A stretch of DNA of 64,000 bases from a bacterium (GCA_035402985.1 DAONEH010000003.1:561-64560); one strand, 5' to 3'; shown: positions 27,856 through 37,455, numbered from the stretch's first letter. Program-made: numbers and translations. Notes: a model not told the origin generated them from the sequence alone.

Positions 27856-29784
27856 ATGAATACTAAAATTAAAAAAAATATCTTTATAAGCATAAGTATA
27901 ATATTATTTTTGCTTATTTTTTTATTTGTAAGTAATTTTATTTATAATAAAAAATGGTCTAATACTATTTATCCTAATATTTATTTAAATAATATTTGTC
28001 TTGGTGGTTTAAATAAAACCGAAGCTAAAAAAGTTATTGATACAGAAATAAATAAATTTGAAAAATTAGGAATAACTATAAGTTTAAAAAATAAAGAAAT
28101 TGTTTGGTATAATACAGTTTCAGCCCTAGATCCAGATTTAGCTATTCAACCAGTAGTTTTTGATGTTGAGGCTACTGTTAATCAGGCTTATCAACTTGGT
28201 CGGCAAGGAAATTTATCAGATATTTTTTTTAAACTTAAGTCTTTGTTTTTTAAAACTCAAATAAGTATAAATTTTTCAATTAATAATGATGAGATTATAA
28301 AAGTTTTAAATGATAATTTTTCAGATTTAGAAATACTGGCTAATGATGCTAAATTAAATTTTAAAGAAGAGGTGGATACTAGTGGTAATACTACTACCAC
28401 CTTTTTTATTGAACCAGAAAATTCTGGTAAAGAAATTAATGATGATGTTTTCTTAAAAGAATTTAAAAATAATCTATCTTTACTTACAAATAATCAAATT
28501 AGTTTAAATTTAATTGATAAAAAGCCAGAAGTAACTATTTCAATGGCGGAAGGTTTAGAATTAGAGGCAGAAAATTTATTAAATTTAGCTCCATTTAATT
28601 TAGTTTATGAAGATAAGAATAAAATTTTCACTATTAGTCAAAGTGAATTTGCTTCATGGTTAAATTTAGAACCACAATATTTACATAATAAAATTATTTC
28701 AGCTCAAGTAGGTTTAAATAATGAAAAAATTATTAAGTTTTTTGATGAAAAAATAAAACCGGAACTTAATCAAGAACCAATTTTACCAAAATTTGATTTT
28801 AGTAATAATAAAGTAAATTCTTTTGAACCGGGTACTGATGGTTTAAAAATAAATTACGAACAAAGTATTGAAAACATAAAAAATGCTTTTTCTCAACGTA
28901 GTATAAAAGACATTGCTTTAGTTTTAGAAGTTGATCCGGTTCAAAAAATTGATAGTATTAATGATTTAGGAATTAAAGAAATAATTGGTACAGGTCATTC
29001 TAATTTTTCGGGTTCATCAGCCAATCGTCGACATAATATAAAAGTGGGAGCTAGTAAGCTTAGTGGTTTAATTATTAAACCAGACGAAGAATTTTCTTTA
29101 TTAACAGCTTTAGGTGAAACTGATGCTTCTACTGGTTATTTACCCGAATTAGTTATTAAAGGAAATAAAACAACTTTAGAATATGGTGGAGGTTTATGTC
29201 AGATTGCTACTACTATGTTTAGAACAGCCCTAGGTTCAGGTTTACCAATTACAGAAAGACGTAATCATTCTTATCGAGTTTCATATTATGAACCAGCTGG
29301 AACCGATGCCACTATTTATATTCCTAAACCTGATTTAAAATTTAAAAATGATACGGGTAATAATATTTTAATTCAAGTTCGTTTTGAGGGTACTAATGAT
29401 ATTTATTTTGATTTTTGGGGAACATCAGATGGACGAACTGCTACTACTACTTATCCAGTTATTTATAATATTGTAAAACCAGCTCCAACTAAAATTATTG
29501 AGACTACCGAATTACCAGTAGGAGAAAAAAAATGTACTGAAAGTGCTCATGCTGGAGCTGAAGCCTATTTTGATTATATAGTTACATATAATGCTGGGGC
29601 AGATAATGAAAATAAAGTTAAAACTAGATTTGCTTCTAAATATGTTCCTTGGCAAGCCGTATGTTTATTAGGTGTTGAAAAAATAACTGAAGCCACTTCT
29701 AGTTTAGCTACTTCCACCGATATAATTTCTACTAGTATTAATTTAATAAATTCTACTTCTAGTAATACTAATACAATTGAATAA
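27856..29784 (+). CDS. VanW domain-containing membrane-anchored protein
   Basis: N-terminal TM helix and a VanW core (GGGLCQIATTMFRTALGSGLPITERRNHSYRVSYY). Confidence 0.85.
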   Translation: MNTKIKKNIFISISIILFLLIFLFVSNFIYNKKWSNTIYPNIYLNNICLGGLNKTEAKKVIDTEINKFEKLGITISLKNKEIVWYNTVSALDPDLAIQPVVFDVEATVNQAYQLGRQGNLSDIFFKLKSLFFKTQISINFSINNDEIIKVLNDNFSDLEILANDAKLNFKEEVDTSGNTTTTFFIEPENSGKEINDDVFLKEFKNNLSLLTNNQISLNLIDKKPEVTISMAEGLELEAENLLNLAPFNLVYEDKNKIFTISQSEFASWLNLEPQYLHNKIISAQVGLNNEKIIKFFDEKIKPELNQEPILPKFDFSNNKVNSFEPGTDGLKINYEQSIENIKNAFSQRSIKDIALVLEVDPVQKIDSINDLGIKEIIGTGHSNFSGSSANRRHNIKVGASKLSGLIIKPDEEFSLLTALGETDASTGYLPELVIKGNKTTLEYGGGLCQIATTMFRTALGSGLPITERRNHSYRVSYYEPAGTDATIYIPKPDLKFKNDTGNNILIQVRFEGTNDIYFDFWGTSDGRTATTTYPVIYNIVKPAPTKIIETTELPVGEKKCTESAHAGAEAYFDYIVTYNAGADNENKVKTRFASKYVPWQAVCLLGVEKITEATSSLATSTDIISTSINLINSTSSNTNTIE

Positions 29785-29795
29785 ATTTTTTAAAT

Positions 29796-29938
29796 AAAAA
29801 AAACCGACTTAAACGGGATAGGCAAGAAAATTTCTTTTAGGAGTCTTAAAGCGAACGCCTTAGAAACCCTGAAAGAAAGTCCCATGCTTGTCGTGCCTGA
29901 CCCGTTTAAATCGGTTTTTAATTTGTTAAAACATAACT
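29796..29938 (-). ncRNA. Unclassified structured small RNA (~140 nt, rod-like hairpin)
   Basis: Its own TTGACA-17-TATATT promoter lies upstream. An 18-bp terminal helix (29800-29817 with 29901-29918) encloses a continuous imperfect helix capped by a GUUC loop, followed by a U-run. Several G.U pairs exist only in the minus-sense RNA. It forms a G+C-rich island in a very AT-rich spacer. Ends are approximate. Confidence 0.55.
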
Positions 29939-29942
29939 GTTA

Positions 29943-29971
29943 AATATATCATACAAATAAAAATATGTCAA
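29943..29971 (-). promoter_or_regulatory. Sigma70-type promoter (TTGACA-17-TATATT) driving the structured RNA
   Basis: On the minus strand: TTGACA = 29971-29966, 17-nt spacer, TATATT = 29948-29943. Confidence 0.55.
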
Positions 29972-30000
29972 TAGGTGATTACTATTTTTCTATTTTTATA

Positions 30001-30028
30001 AAAAAACCCTTATTTTAAAGGGTTTTTT
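30001..30028 (-). terminator. Intrinsic terminator after tsaD (bidirectional shape)
   Basis: AAAAAACCCT...AGGGTTTTTT hairpin that overlaps the tsaD stop codon at 30027-30029. Confidence 0.6.
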
Positions 30029-31070
30029 ACTTAAATTCGAGACTAGAATTAACTTTTATATCTTTATAGGTTTTTAATTTTTTTTTATTTTTTAAAAAAT
30101 GATAAGCTCCAGCCATGGCGATCATAGCAGCATTATCCCCGGTATATTTAAGTGATGGAAAAACAAAATTAACATTTTTGAAATTCTTTTTAATTCTTTT
30201 TTGAAATTCTTTTTTTAATTCTTCATTAGCTGATACTCCACCAACCAACATGATAGTTTTTATTTGATATTTTTTAGTAGCTTTTAAGGTTTTGCTTATT
30301 AAAACATCAATTACAGCTTGTTGAAAAGAATAGCAATATTGAGGTATTTTATTTTTCCAATCTTTATCTTTTTTTAATTGATATAATAAGGCTGTTTTTA
30401 AACCAGAAAAAGAAAAATTAAAATTAGGTGAACTTATCATTGGGCGAGGTAAATAAATTTCTTCTGGAGTTTTAACTATCTTTATATATTCTTTAGCCTT
30501 TTTTGCTATTATTGGTCCACCAGGATAACCAAGCCCCATCATTCGAGCCGCTTTATCAAAAGCTTCGCCAGCGGCATCATCTAAAGTTTGCCCAATAATT
30601 TTATAATTTAAATGATCTGTCATTAAAGCTAAAATATTATGACCGCCAGACACAGTTAATATTAAAATTGGCCAAGATGTTTTCTTTTTATTTTCTATAA
30701 AAGCTGAATAAATATGACCCTCAATATGATTAATAGGTATGATTGGTTTATTTAAAACATAGGATAATGTTTTAGCTGTTTCTGTAGCTGAAATTAAGGA
30801 AGTTATTAGACCAGGACCAGCCGTAACAGCAATAGCTGAAATTTGATTTAGTTTTATTTTGGCTTGTTTAAGACTTTGATCTATTACTGGTAAAACATGA
30901 AGAACATGTTCACGAGCAGCAATTTCTGGCACAACTCCTCCATATTTTTTATGTATATTAATTTGGGAGGAAACAATGCTAGATAAAATCTTAAAATTTT
31001 TATGATCAAATTTTATGATAGCAGCGGCACTTTCGTCACAGCTACTTTCAATCCCTAAAATTATTGGCAT
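30027..31070 (-). CDS. tsaD: tRNA N6-adenosine threonylcarbamoyltransferase TsaD
   Basis: Kae1/TsaD family: ILGIESSCDESAAAI, HIEGHIYS, GGVSANEEL. Confidence 0.93.
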   Translation of the reverse strand: MPIILGIESSCDESAAAIIKFDHKNFKILSSIVSSQINIHKKYGGVVPEIAAREHVLHVLPVIDQSLKQAKIKLNQISAIAVTAGPGLITSLISATETAKTLSYVLNKPIIPINHIEGHIYSAFIENKKKTSWPILILTVSGGHNILALMTDHLNYKIIGQTLDDAAGEAFDKAARMMGLGYPGGPIIAKKAKEYIKIVKTPEEIYLPRPMISSPNFNFSFSGLKTALLYQLKKDKDWKNKIPQYCYSFQQAVIDVLISKTLKATKKYQIKTIMLVGGVSANEELKKEFQKRIKKNFKNVNFVFPSLKYTGDNAAMIAMAGAYHFLKNKKKLKTYKDIKVNSSLEFK

Positions 31071-31124
31071 ATTTTTATATTTATAATAATAGTTTAACTG
31101 AAGTTTTAATTAAAAACAAGATTA

Positions 31125-31153
31125 TTGACAAGATTGTAAATTAAATATAAAAT
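31125..31153 (+). promoter_or_regulatory. Sigma70-type promoter (TTGACA-17-TAAAAT) for tRNA-Glu
   Basis: TTGACA at 31125-31130, TAAAAT at 31148-31153, about 45 nt upstream of the tRNA. Confidence 0.5.
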
Positions 31154-31201
31154 GAAAATACTTTTAGTTAATTCTAAAAGATTTTATTTTTATAGTGATT
31201 T

Positions 31202-31273
31202 GGCCCCTTCGTCTATCGGTTAGGACACCAGGTTTTCAACCTGATAAGATGGGTTCGACTCCCGTAGGGGTCA
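31202..31273 (+). tRNA. tRNA-Glu (anticodon UUC)
   Basis: GGCCCCTTCGTCTATCGGTTAGGACACC... with anticodon loop TTTTCAA and T-arm GGGTTCGACTCCC. Closely parallels E. coli tRNA-Glu. Confidence 0.9.
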
Positions 31274-31280
31274 CGTAATA

Positions 31281-31309
31281 AAATAGGTTAAAACCTATTT
31301 TATTTTTTT
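31281..31309 (+). terminator. Intrinsic terminator after tRNA-Glu
   Basis: AAATAGGTT...AACCTATTT followed by a T-run. Confidence 0.55.
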
Positions 31310-31354
31310 GGAAAATGATATAATTATAGTAGTTTATAATTAATTTTATAATTT

Positions 31355-32149
31355 ATGAAAAAAACAATATTAGTAAAAATAATTGCTACCATTTCTTATG
31401 TTCTTATGGTAGTAATAAATATTTTATCTAATACTTTACCTTTTAATAATAGGACTACTGGAGAAATATCTAATCTATATCCTAATCTTTTTGCACCAAC
31501 AGCTTTAACTTTTTCTGTTTGGGGTTTTATCTATTTAGCATTAGGTATCTATATTCTATATCAATTTGGCCTTTTTCAAAAAAATAAGGGTCGAGATAAA
31601 AATAAATTATTTTTAAATATTAATCTTTATTTTATAATAACTTGTTTAGCTAATATCTTATGGGTATTTTGTTGGCATTATGATTTTATTGGACTTTCAG
31701 TTATTTGTATAATTATTTTATTATTAAGTTTAATTAAAATAGCTCAAATTTTAAGTAAGGAAAAATTTTCTTTTAAAGAAGAATTATTTATGTCTTTACC
31801 TTTCTTTAGTTATTTTGCTTGGATTACTGTAGCCACTATTGCTAATATTACTGTTTTTCTAGTTAGTATTGATTGGAATGGTTTTGGTTTAGCTGAAAAT
31901 TATTGGACTATTATAATGTTAATAATTGGGGCTATTATTGGAGATATGATAATGATTAAAAAAAGAACTTTATCATATGGCTTAGTTTTAATTTGGGCTT
32001 ATTTAGGTATTTGGCAAAAACATATTTCTCATTTTGAATTTAATAGTCGGTACCCTGAAATAATAATTACAGCTATTATTTGTATATTTACATTTTTAGT
32101 AATTGAGGGTTATATGTTTTGTAAAAAATATGATAAGCGTTTGAAATAA
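31355..32149 (+). CDS. Polytopic membrane protein, Trp-rich (possibly TspO/MBR-related)
   Basis: About 7 hydrophobic helices. The motif NLFAPTALTFSVWGFIYLAL recalls TspO, but the assignment is weak. Confidence 0.5.
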   Translation: MKKTILVKIIATISYVLMVVINILSNTLPFNNRTTGEISNLYPNLFAPTALTFSVWGFIYLALGIYILYQFGLFQKNKGRDKNKLFLNINLYFIITCLANILWVFCWHYDFIGLSVICIIILLLSLIKIAQILSKEKFSFKEELFMSLPFFSYFAWITVATIANITVFLVSIDWNGFGLAENYWTIIMLIIGAIIGDMIMIKKRTLSYGLVLIWAYLGIWQKHISHFEFNSRYPEIIITAIICIFTFLVIEGYMFCKKYDKRLK

Positions 32150-32174
32150 GCATTTAAAATAGATAAGTGGGTTA

Positions 32175-32207
32175 TAAAAATAGACAATTTTTAATTGTCT
32201 ATTTTTT
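32175..32207. terminator. Bidirectional terminator
   Basis: TAGACAATT-TTT-AATTGTCTA flanked by A5 and T7 runs, between converging genes. Confidence 0.65.
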
Positions 32208-32237
32208 TGTTAATCTGATTATCTTATTTAAATTCAA

Positions 32238-33299
32238 TTATTTATTTATTAAAAAATTACAAATATCACCATCACGAACAACATAGTCTTTTCCTTCGGT
32301 TCTAATTAATCCTAATTCCTTAGCTTTTAAATCTCCACCAGTTTCAACAAATTTTTCCCAATTAATAATTTCGGCCCGAACAAATCCTTTAATAAAATCA
32401 GTATGAATTTCACCAGCGGCTTGAGGAGCTTTAGTTCCAGTTTTAATGGTCCAGGCTCTAGTTTCGTCTTTTCCAGTAGTGAAAAAAGTTTCTAGGCCTA
32501 ATAATTTATAAGAAGCTGATATTAATTTATCTAAACCACTACGATTAATTCCTAATTCTTTCATGTATTCAATTTGTTCTTCTTCGGGCAGATTAGAAAT
32601 TTCTTCTTCTAGTTTAACATTTAATCTAATTATTTCTCCATCCCAAGGGAAATTAATTTCTTTATTTAAATCATCTGAATTTAAAGCGTAGATTATTGGT
32701 TTAGAAGTTAATAAATTTAAACTTTTAATAAATTCTTTTTCTTCTTCTTTTACTTCTAAATTTCTAATAGCTTGACCCTTATCTAAAAAGTCTTTTATTT
32801 TTTCTAAAATTTCTTTTTCCTTTATAGCCTTTTTATCATTGCCATGAGCTTCTTTGATAGTTTTAGCTAATCTTTTTTCGATAGTTTTAATATCAGCGAA
32901 AATTAATTCCATGGTTATTGTTTCTTGATCATTTTCTGGATTAATTTCACCATTAACATGGATAACGTTTATATCTTTAAAATCTCGAACTACTTCACAA
33001 ATAGCATCACATTCTCTAATATGAGATAAAAATTGATTACCCAATCCTTCACCATCGTGAGCCCCTTTAACTAGTCCAGCAATATCGGTAAATTCAATAA
33101 AAGTAGGAATAATTTTAGCTGGTTTTGATATTTCAGCAATTTTTTCTAAACGATTATCAGGAACTTTAACTACTCCAACATTAGGATCAATAGTACAAAA
33201 AGGATAATTAGAAGCTTCTACTTTCTTTTTAGTTAAAATATTAAATAAAGTTGATTTGCCGACATTAGGTAGCCCGACAATTCCAATTGATAATGACAT
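32238..33299 (-). CDS. ychF: Redox-regulated ATPase YchF (Obg-family GTPase fold)
   Basis: [16 protein letters not shown]-loop, TGS-like C-terminus ([11 protein letters not shown]). Confidence 0.93.
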   Translation of the reverse strand: MSLSIGIVGLPNVGKSTLFNILTKKKVEASNYPFCTIDPNVGVVKVPDNRLEKIAEISKPAKIIPTFIEFTDIAGLVKGAHDGEGLGNQFLSHIRECDAICEVVRDFKDINVIHVNGEINPENDQETITMELIFADIKTIEKRLAKTIKEAHGNDKKAIKEKEILEKIKDFLDKGQAIRNLEVKEEEKEFIKSLNLLTSKPIIYALNSDDLNKEINFPWDGEIIRLNVKLEEEISNLPEEEQIEYMKELGINRSGLDKLISASYKLLGLETFFTTGKDETRAWTIKTGTKAPQAAGEIHTDFIKGFVRAEIINWEKFVETGGDLKAKELGLIRTEGKDYVVRDGDICNFLINK

Positions 33300-33491
33300 A
33301 TGTAAAAATTATTATTAAACTCTTGTTTTGATTTATTGTATAATATTTGTTAAAAAATAACAATAATAGGAAAAAAGATTAAACTTTTTAAATTTAAAAA
33401 AATATGATATAATAATTTCACTTTTAAATAATATTAATTATTAGTTTACTTTTAATAATTTTTATAAAATATTTTAGTAACTAACAATTTT

Positions 33492-33827
33492 ATGAATAAA
33501 CCCCTAGATATTAATAAAGATAATTTTGAAAAAGAAGTTTTACAATCAGATTTACCAGTTTTAGTTGATTTTTGGGCTCCATGGTGTATGCCTTGCAAAA
33601 TGATGTCTCCAGTTTTAGAAGAATTAGCTGTTTTAATGGATGGAAAAGTAAAAATAGTAAAAGTTAATACCGAAGATCCAGTTAATCAAGAATTGGCTTT
33701 AGAATATGAAATTCAAAGTGTTCCTAGTATGATGTTGTTTAAAGAAGGACAATTAATTTGGGAATTTATTGGTATGCATTCTAGAGATTCTTTAGCTCAA
33801 GAAATTGAAGAGCATTTAAAAAAATAA
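33492..33827 (+). CDS. trxA: Thioredoxin (active site WCMPC)
   Basis: Thioredoxin fold VLVDFWAPWCMPCKMMSPVLEE. Met replaces the canonical Gly in CGPC. Confidence 0.9.
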   Translation: MNKPLDINKDNFEKEVLQSDLPVLVDFWAPWCMPCKMMSPVLEELAVLMDGKVKIVKVNTEDPVNQELALEYEIQSVPSMMLFKEGQLIWEFIGMHSRDSLAQEIEEHLKK

Positions 33828-33836
33828 TTTAATAAT

Positions 33837-34757
33837 ATGATTTATGATTTAATAATTATTGGGGCTGGTCCAGCTGGTTTAACAGCTTCAATTTATGCTT
33901 CTAGATATAAAATTAATCATGCCGTAATTGGAGAAATTCCAGGTGGTTTAATTTCAGAAGCCCATAATGTTTGTAATTTTCCAGGAGAAATAGAAATTAA
34001 TGGTTTTGATTTAATGACTAAAATTAAAGACCATGCTGAAAAATTAGGGGCGGAAATTATGATTATGGAAAAAATAATTAAGATTGAGGAAAAAGATAAT
34101 ATTTTTATTTTAACTACTGAATCTAGAAAAGTTTTAGAAGCTAAAAATATTCTATTAGCAACTGGAACTAAACATCGTCAATTAAATTTACCAGAAGAAA
34201 AAAAATATATTGGTAAAGGTTTAGCTTATTGTGCAACTTGTGATGCGATGTTCTATAAAAATAAAATTGTTGGTGTTATTGGAGGAGGTAATAGTGCCTT
34301 AACAGCCGCCCTGTATTTAGCCGAGGTAGCCGAAAAAGTATATTTGATAGTAAGAGACAATGAATTTAATGGTGAAATGGTTTGGGTGGATCATGTTTTA
34401 AATAATAATAAAATTGAAGTACTTTTTAATAATGGAGTAAAAAAATTAAATGGAGAAGTAAAACTAGAATCAATTGATTTAAATGCTCCTTATCAAAATA
34501 GTGATAATTTACAACTTAATGGTTTATTTGTTGAAATTGGAACTGAACCTGATAAATTATTAATTGAACAATTAGATTTAGCGCTTGATAAAAACTATAT
34601 AATTGTTGATAAAGAACAAAAAACAAATAAATCGGGTGTATGGGCCGCTGGTGATATCACTACTAATTCAGCTGGTTTTAGACAAGTTATTACTGCTTGT
34701 AGTGAAGGAGCTATAGCTGTTTTTAGTATTTTTTCTCATTTACAAAAAAATAAATAA
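33837..34757 (+). CDS. trxB: Thioredoxin-disulfide reductase
   Basis: FAD motif IIIGAGPAGLTA, redox CATCD, NADPH motif GGGNSA, C-terminal GDIT. Confidence 0.9.
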   Translation: MIYDLIIIGAGPAGLTASIYASRYKINHAVIGEIPGGLISEAHNVCNFPGEIEINGFDLMTKIKDHAEKLGAEIMIMEKIIKIEEKDNIFILTTESRKVLEAKNILLATGTKHRQLNLPEEKKYIGKGLAYCATCDAMFYKNKIVGVIGGGNSALTAALYLAEVAEKVYLIVRDNEFNGEMVWVDHVLNNNKIEVLFNNGVKKLNGEVKLESIDLNAPYQNSDNLQLNGLFVEIGTEPDKLLIEQLDLALDKNYIIVDKEQKTNKSGVWAAGDITTNSAGFRQVITACSEGAIAVFSIFSHLQKNK

Positions 34758-34835
34758 TTTTTTAAATAAATAATTTAAAATTATTTTTTATACTATAATA
34801 CTATATTTATTTATATATTTATTTATATAAATTAT

Positions 34836-34869
34836 ATAAAAAATCTCATCTTTTAAGATGAGATTTTTT
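34836..34869. terminator. Bidirectional terminator
   Basis: AAATCTCATC-TTTTAA-GATGAGATTT flanked by A-run and T-run. Confidence 0.65.
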
Positions 34870-34896
34870 GTTGAAGTCTATTTGAATGATTATTTT

Positions 34897-35889
34897 CTAT
34901 TCACCAAAACCATAACCTGGTTCAGTAGTTGATAATTGAGTTTGACAAGATTCTGGAGCAGTATTAAAAGAGGAACAAACTAAATTTAATAAGCTTTGAG
35001 AATCACGAGCTGAAGAAACCATCTCTCCGTTGATAATTAAAGTTGGTGATCCTTCCACTCCATATTTATCATTATCTTCTTGATAAATTGGAAATATTGG
35101 GTAAGTATCATTTAACCAAGTTGATTTATCAGCATAACTTTCACTAATTTTATATTCTTTATCAGTTTTTTCAACACATTTATCAATATCATTTTTATTA
35201 ATACCAGTTTCACTTAAACAATCATCAGATTTACCACTTTTTACATAACAACTTAAATAACTAAGTAATTTATCATTGTTTTCTTTTTGAATACAATATT
35301 GAGTCATTTCTTCATCTAGTTCAGCTTTTTCATGCATAGCATAAGTATTAAATTTTAATTTAAAATCAACTGAATCTTTTAAAGTTTCTAAAACTGAAAT
35401 TAAACCTTTTTCAATTTGAGTTCCATAGGGACATTCACTCATAACAAAAAGTTCAATAACTGGTTTATCGGTTTTATTAGTTACTTCTGTTTTTTCACTA
35501 GAGGAGCTATTTAAACTATTTTCGTATTCTTGAATATTTATTGATTGAGGAAAAAATAATTCACCATCTTGACTAATATATGAATCAATTAATTCTCCAG
35601 TTCCAGCATCGCCTAAATCAATAGATAATTTGTATAGACCATATTCTTTAGTTATTTCTTTGATAGTAGCCTTAGTTCCTGGTAGCATTAAATTATTATT
35701 AATAAATTCTTCGGCCATAACTTTAGCGTCGTTGATATTTAAATCATTTTTTTTAGGAGAAAGTTTAAATACTAATAGAGCTAAAATTAATAAAACTACT
35801 GCTGAAATGATAATAAAAATTAATTTCTTTTTATTCATTTTTTTATCAGTGGTTTTTTCGTTTTTTTCTTCTTTTTTTTCTTTATCCAT
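34897..35889 (-). CDS. Membrane-anchored extracytoplasmic thioredoxin-fold protein (DsbA-like, CPYG motif)
   Basis: N-terminal TM anchor. FVMSECPYGTQ resembles a CxxC-type site in which the second Cys is replaced by Gly. Several additional Cys residues are present. Family assignment tentative. Confidence 0.55.
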   Translation of the reverse strand: MDKEKKEEKNEKTTDKKMNKKKLIFIIISAVVLLILALLVFKLSPKKNDLNINDAKVMAEEFINNNLMLPGTKATIKEITKEYGLYKLSIDLGDAGTGELIDSYISQDGELFFPQSINIQEYENSLNSSSSEKTEVTNKTDKPVIELFVMSECPYGTQIEKGLISVLETLKDSVDFKLKFNTYAMHEKAELDEEMTQYCIQKENNDKLLSYLSCYVKSGKSDDCLSETGINKNDIDKCVEKTDKEYKISESYADKSTWLNDTYPIFPIYQEDNDKYGVEGSPTLIINGEMVSSARDSQSLLNLVCSSFNTAPESCQTQLSTTEPGYGFGE

Positions 35890-36007
35890 AGTTTTATGAT
35901 TTAAAAAATACTTTATTTTAGTATTTTTTAATATTAAATATAAAAAACAAATTAAAGCTAAAAGAGCTTTATGTTTATTTTAGCAATTTTTTAAAAAAAT
36001 AACAAGT

Positions 36008-37369
36008 TTATTTCTTTTTAAAAAAAATAAAAATAGCTGTAAATATGATAAAAATTATTAAATAAATTAATATAATTTTATTTCGTTTTTGTGTATTTGT
36101 TTCCCAAAATTCATTATTTAAAGTTTGACTATCAGCTATTTCTATATTTTCTTCGATTATATCTAAATTTTTTATACTCTCTAAATTAATAGGAATTATT
36201 TGAGGCAAAGAAGAAGACGAAGCGAAAGCTAATAATCCACTAATTAAAAAATTTTGTCCTACTACTAATTTTTTACTTGATATTTTTGTTCCAGTTTTTA
36301 TTTTAATTAAAATTTCATTTTGATTATCATTTAAATAAATTTCTCCATTAGAATTTTGAGTAATTTGTCCTTGAATTGTTTTTAAATTATCAGCTTGTGT
36401 TTTAGTAAAACTATTTATATTTTCTATAGTACTTGTCGGTAAGGGATTATTATTAGAAATAATCTTTATATCACTTATGTCTTTTGTTTTTATTTTAAAA
36501 GAAAGTTCATTATTAGAACTTATTGCTACTTCGCCTTGAACTTGAATTTGATCACCAATTTTTAATTCTGGAAAAAGTTTATTATAATTATATATTTTTA
36601 AACCATAAACATTATAATCATCATCATATTTATCATGGATATAAAAATACTGAGTACCTAGAACACCTGGTAGAACACTTACTAATCCTTCCACTATAAC
36701 TAAACTTTTATTAGGAAGGTTCTTTATATTTTTTAAGTTAGTAATTTGATAATCAGTAGAACTAGATTGATTAATGGTGGTATCCGTCGAAGTAGCTACT
36801 TCTTGATAATTAGAGATAGTAATAATTTCATTTTTTGAATTTATAATAGTAATATTATCTGATTCAATTACAAAATTAGTATCAATTTGAGAATCAAGGC
36901 TTGCTCTTTTTAAGCTTTGATTATTTTTTAATAGAACTAAATCATTAAGTAAAATTTGATCACTAATATTTTTATCAGTATCATATAAAATTAAAGTATT
37001 ATTAGGTGATAAAGAATTAGAATTAGAATAATTTAAATCTGATTTAATACTAGGACCAAAAACTGGACTAGAAATTAAGAAATAAGATTTAGCTGGAATT
37101 ATTCCATTAAATTTTTTACTAGAAATTAAGGAACTTTCATTATCACTAATAGTTTTTTTCTTTAAAGAATAATTTTTTAAATCAATAGCTACGTCGTTGG
37201 GATTATATAATTCAATAAATTCATTTAGAACATTATCATCTTGACCTATCATTACTTGATTTATAATAATAGGATTGATTTCAGCTTGAGAAGAATTTAT
37301 TTGAAAAAATATTAGGAATAAATTAAAAAAAATAATACAAAAACAAAAAAAGAAAGCTGTTTTTTTCAT
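36008..37369 (-). CDS. Lamin-tail-domain (LTD) plus OB-fold surface protein with C-terminal TM anchor
   Basis: Signal peptide; LTD signature IIINQVMIGQDDNVLNEFIELYNPND...LKNYSL; ExeM/NucH-like OB segments (VIVEGLVSVLPGVLGTQYFYIHD...IGDQIQVQGEV); terminal TM helix followed by KKK. Confidence 0.65.
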   Translation of the reverse strand: MKKTAFFFCFCIIFFNLFLIFFQINSSQAEINPIIINQVMIGQDDNVLNEFIELYNPNDVAIDLKNYSLKKKTISDNESSLISSKKFNGIIPAKSYFLISSPVFGPSIKSDLNYSNSNSLSPNNTLILYDTDKNISDQILLNDLVLLKNNQSLKRASLDSQIDTNFVIESDNITIINSKNEIITISNYQEVATSTDTTINQSSSTDYQITNLKNIKNLPNKSLVIVEGLVSVLPGVLGTQYFYIHDKYDDDYNVYGLKIYNYNKLFPELKIGDQIQVQGEVAISSNNELSFKIKTKDISDIKIISNNNPLPTSTIENINSFTKTQADNLKTIQGQITQNSNGEIYLNDNQNEILIKIKTGTKISSKKLVVGQNFLISGLLAFASSSSLPQIIPINLESIKNLDIIEENIEIADSQTLNNEFWETNTQKRNKIILIYLIIFIIFTAIFIFFKKK

Positions 37370-37455
37370 AAAAATTATTTAAGAATAAGACAGCCTTATT
37401 TTATATAAAATAAAATAAATTTAATTATAATTATAAATAAATTTAAATTAATTTT

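Noticed and set aside
29742-29885. A 47-codon minus-strand ORF (MGLSFRVSKAFALRLLKEIF...) starting inside the hairpin RNA; considered as a type I toxin-like peptide.
   Set aside because: It reads through the hairpin's own U-tract terminator and runs antisense into the VanW coding region. It has no clear hydrophobic TM core and no supporting signal.
29800-29918. Possible SRP (4.5S) RNA: the minus-strand RNA contains GGUCAGG...AGCA, resembling the helix-8 consensus GGUCAGGUCCGGAAGGAAGCAGCC.
   Set aside because: There is no GNRA-capped hairpin between the two motifs. The AGCA lies 5' of the apical loop in the only stable fold, and the apical loop is GUUC. I kept it as an unclassified structured RNA; a covariance-model search is needed.
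35630-35899. Plus-strand ORF opposite the DsbA-like gene. Similar cases are 45457-45657 (tig), 50231-50548 (SBP), 52969-53202 (rnj 3' end), 53752-53937 (transposase), 59239-59427 (nusB) and 59717-59932 (rnc).
   Set aside because: These are shadow or out-of-frame ORFs inside recognisable genes, with no independent expression signals.
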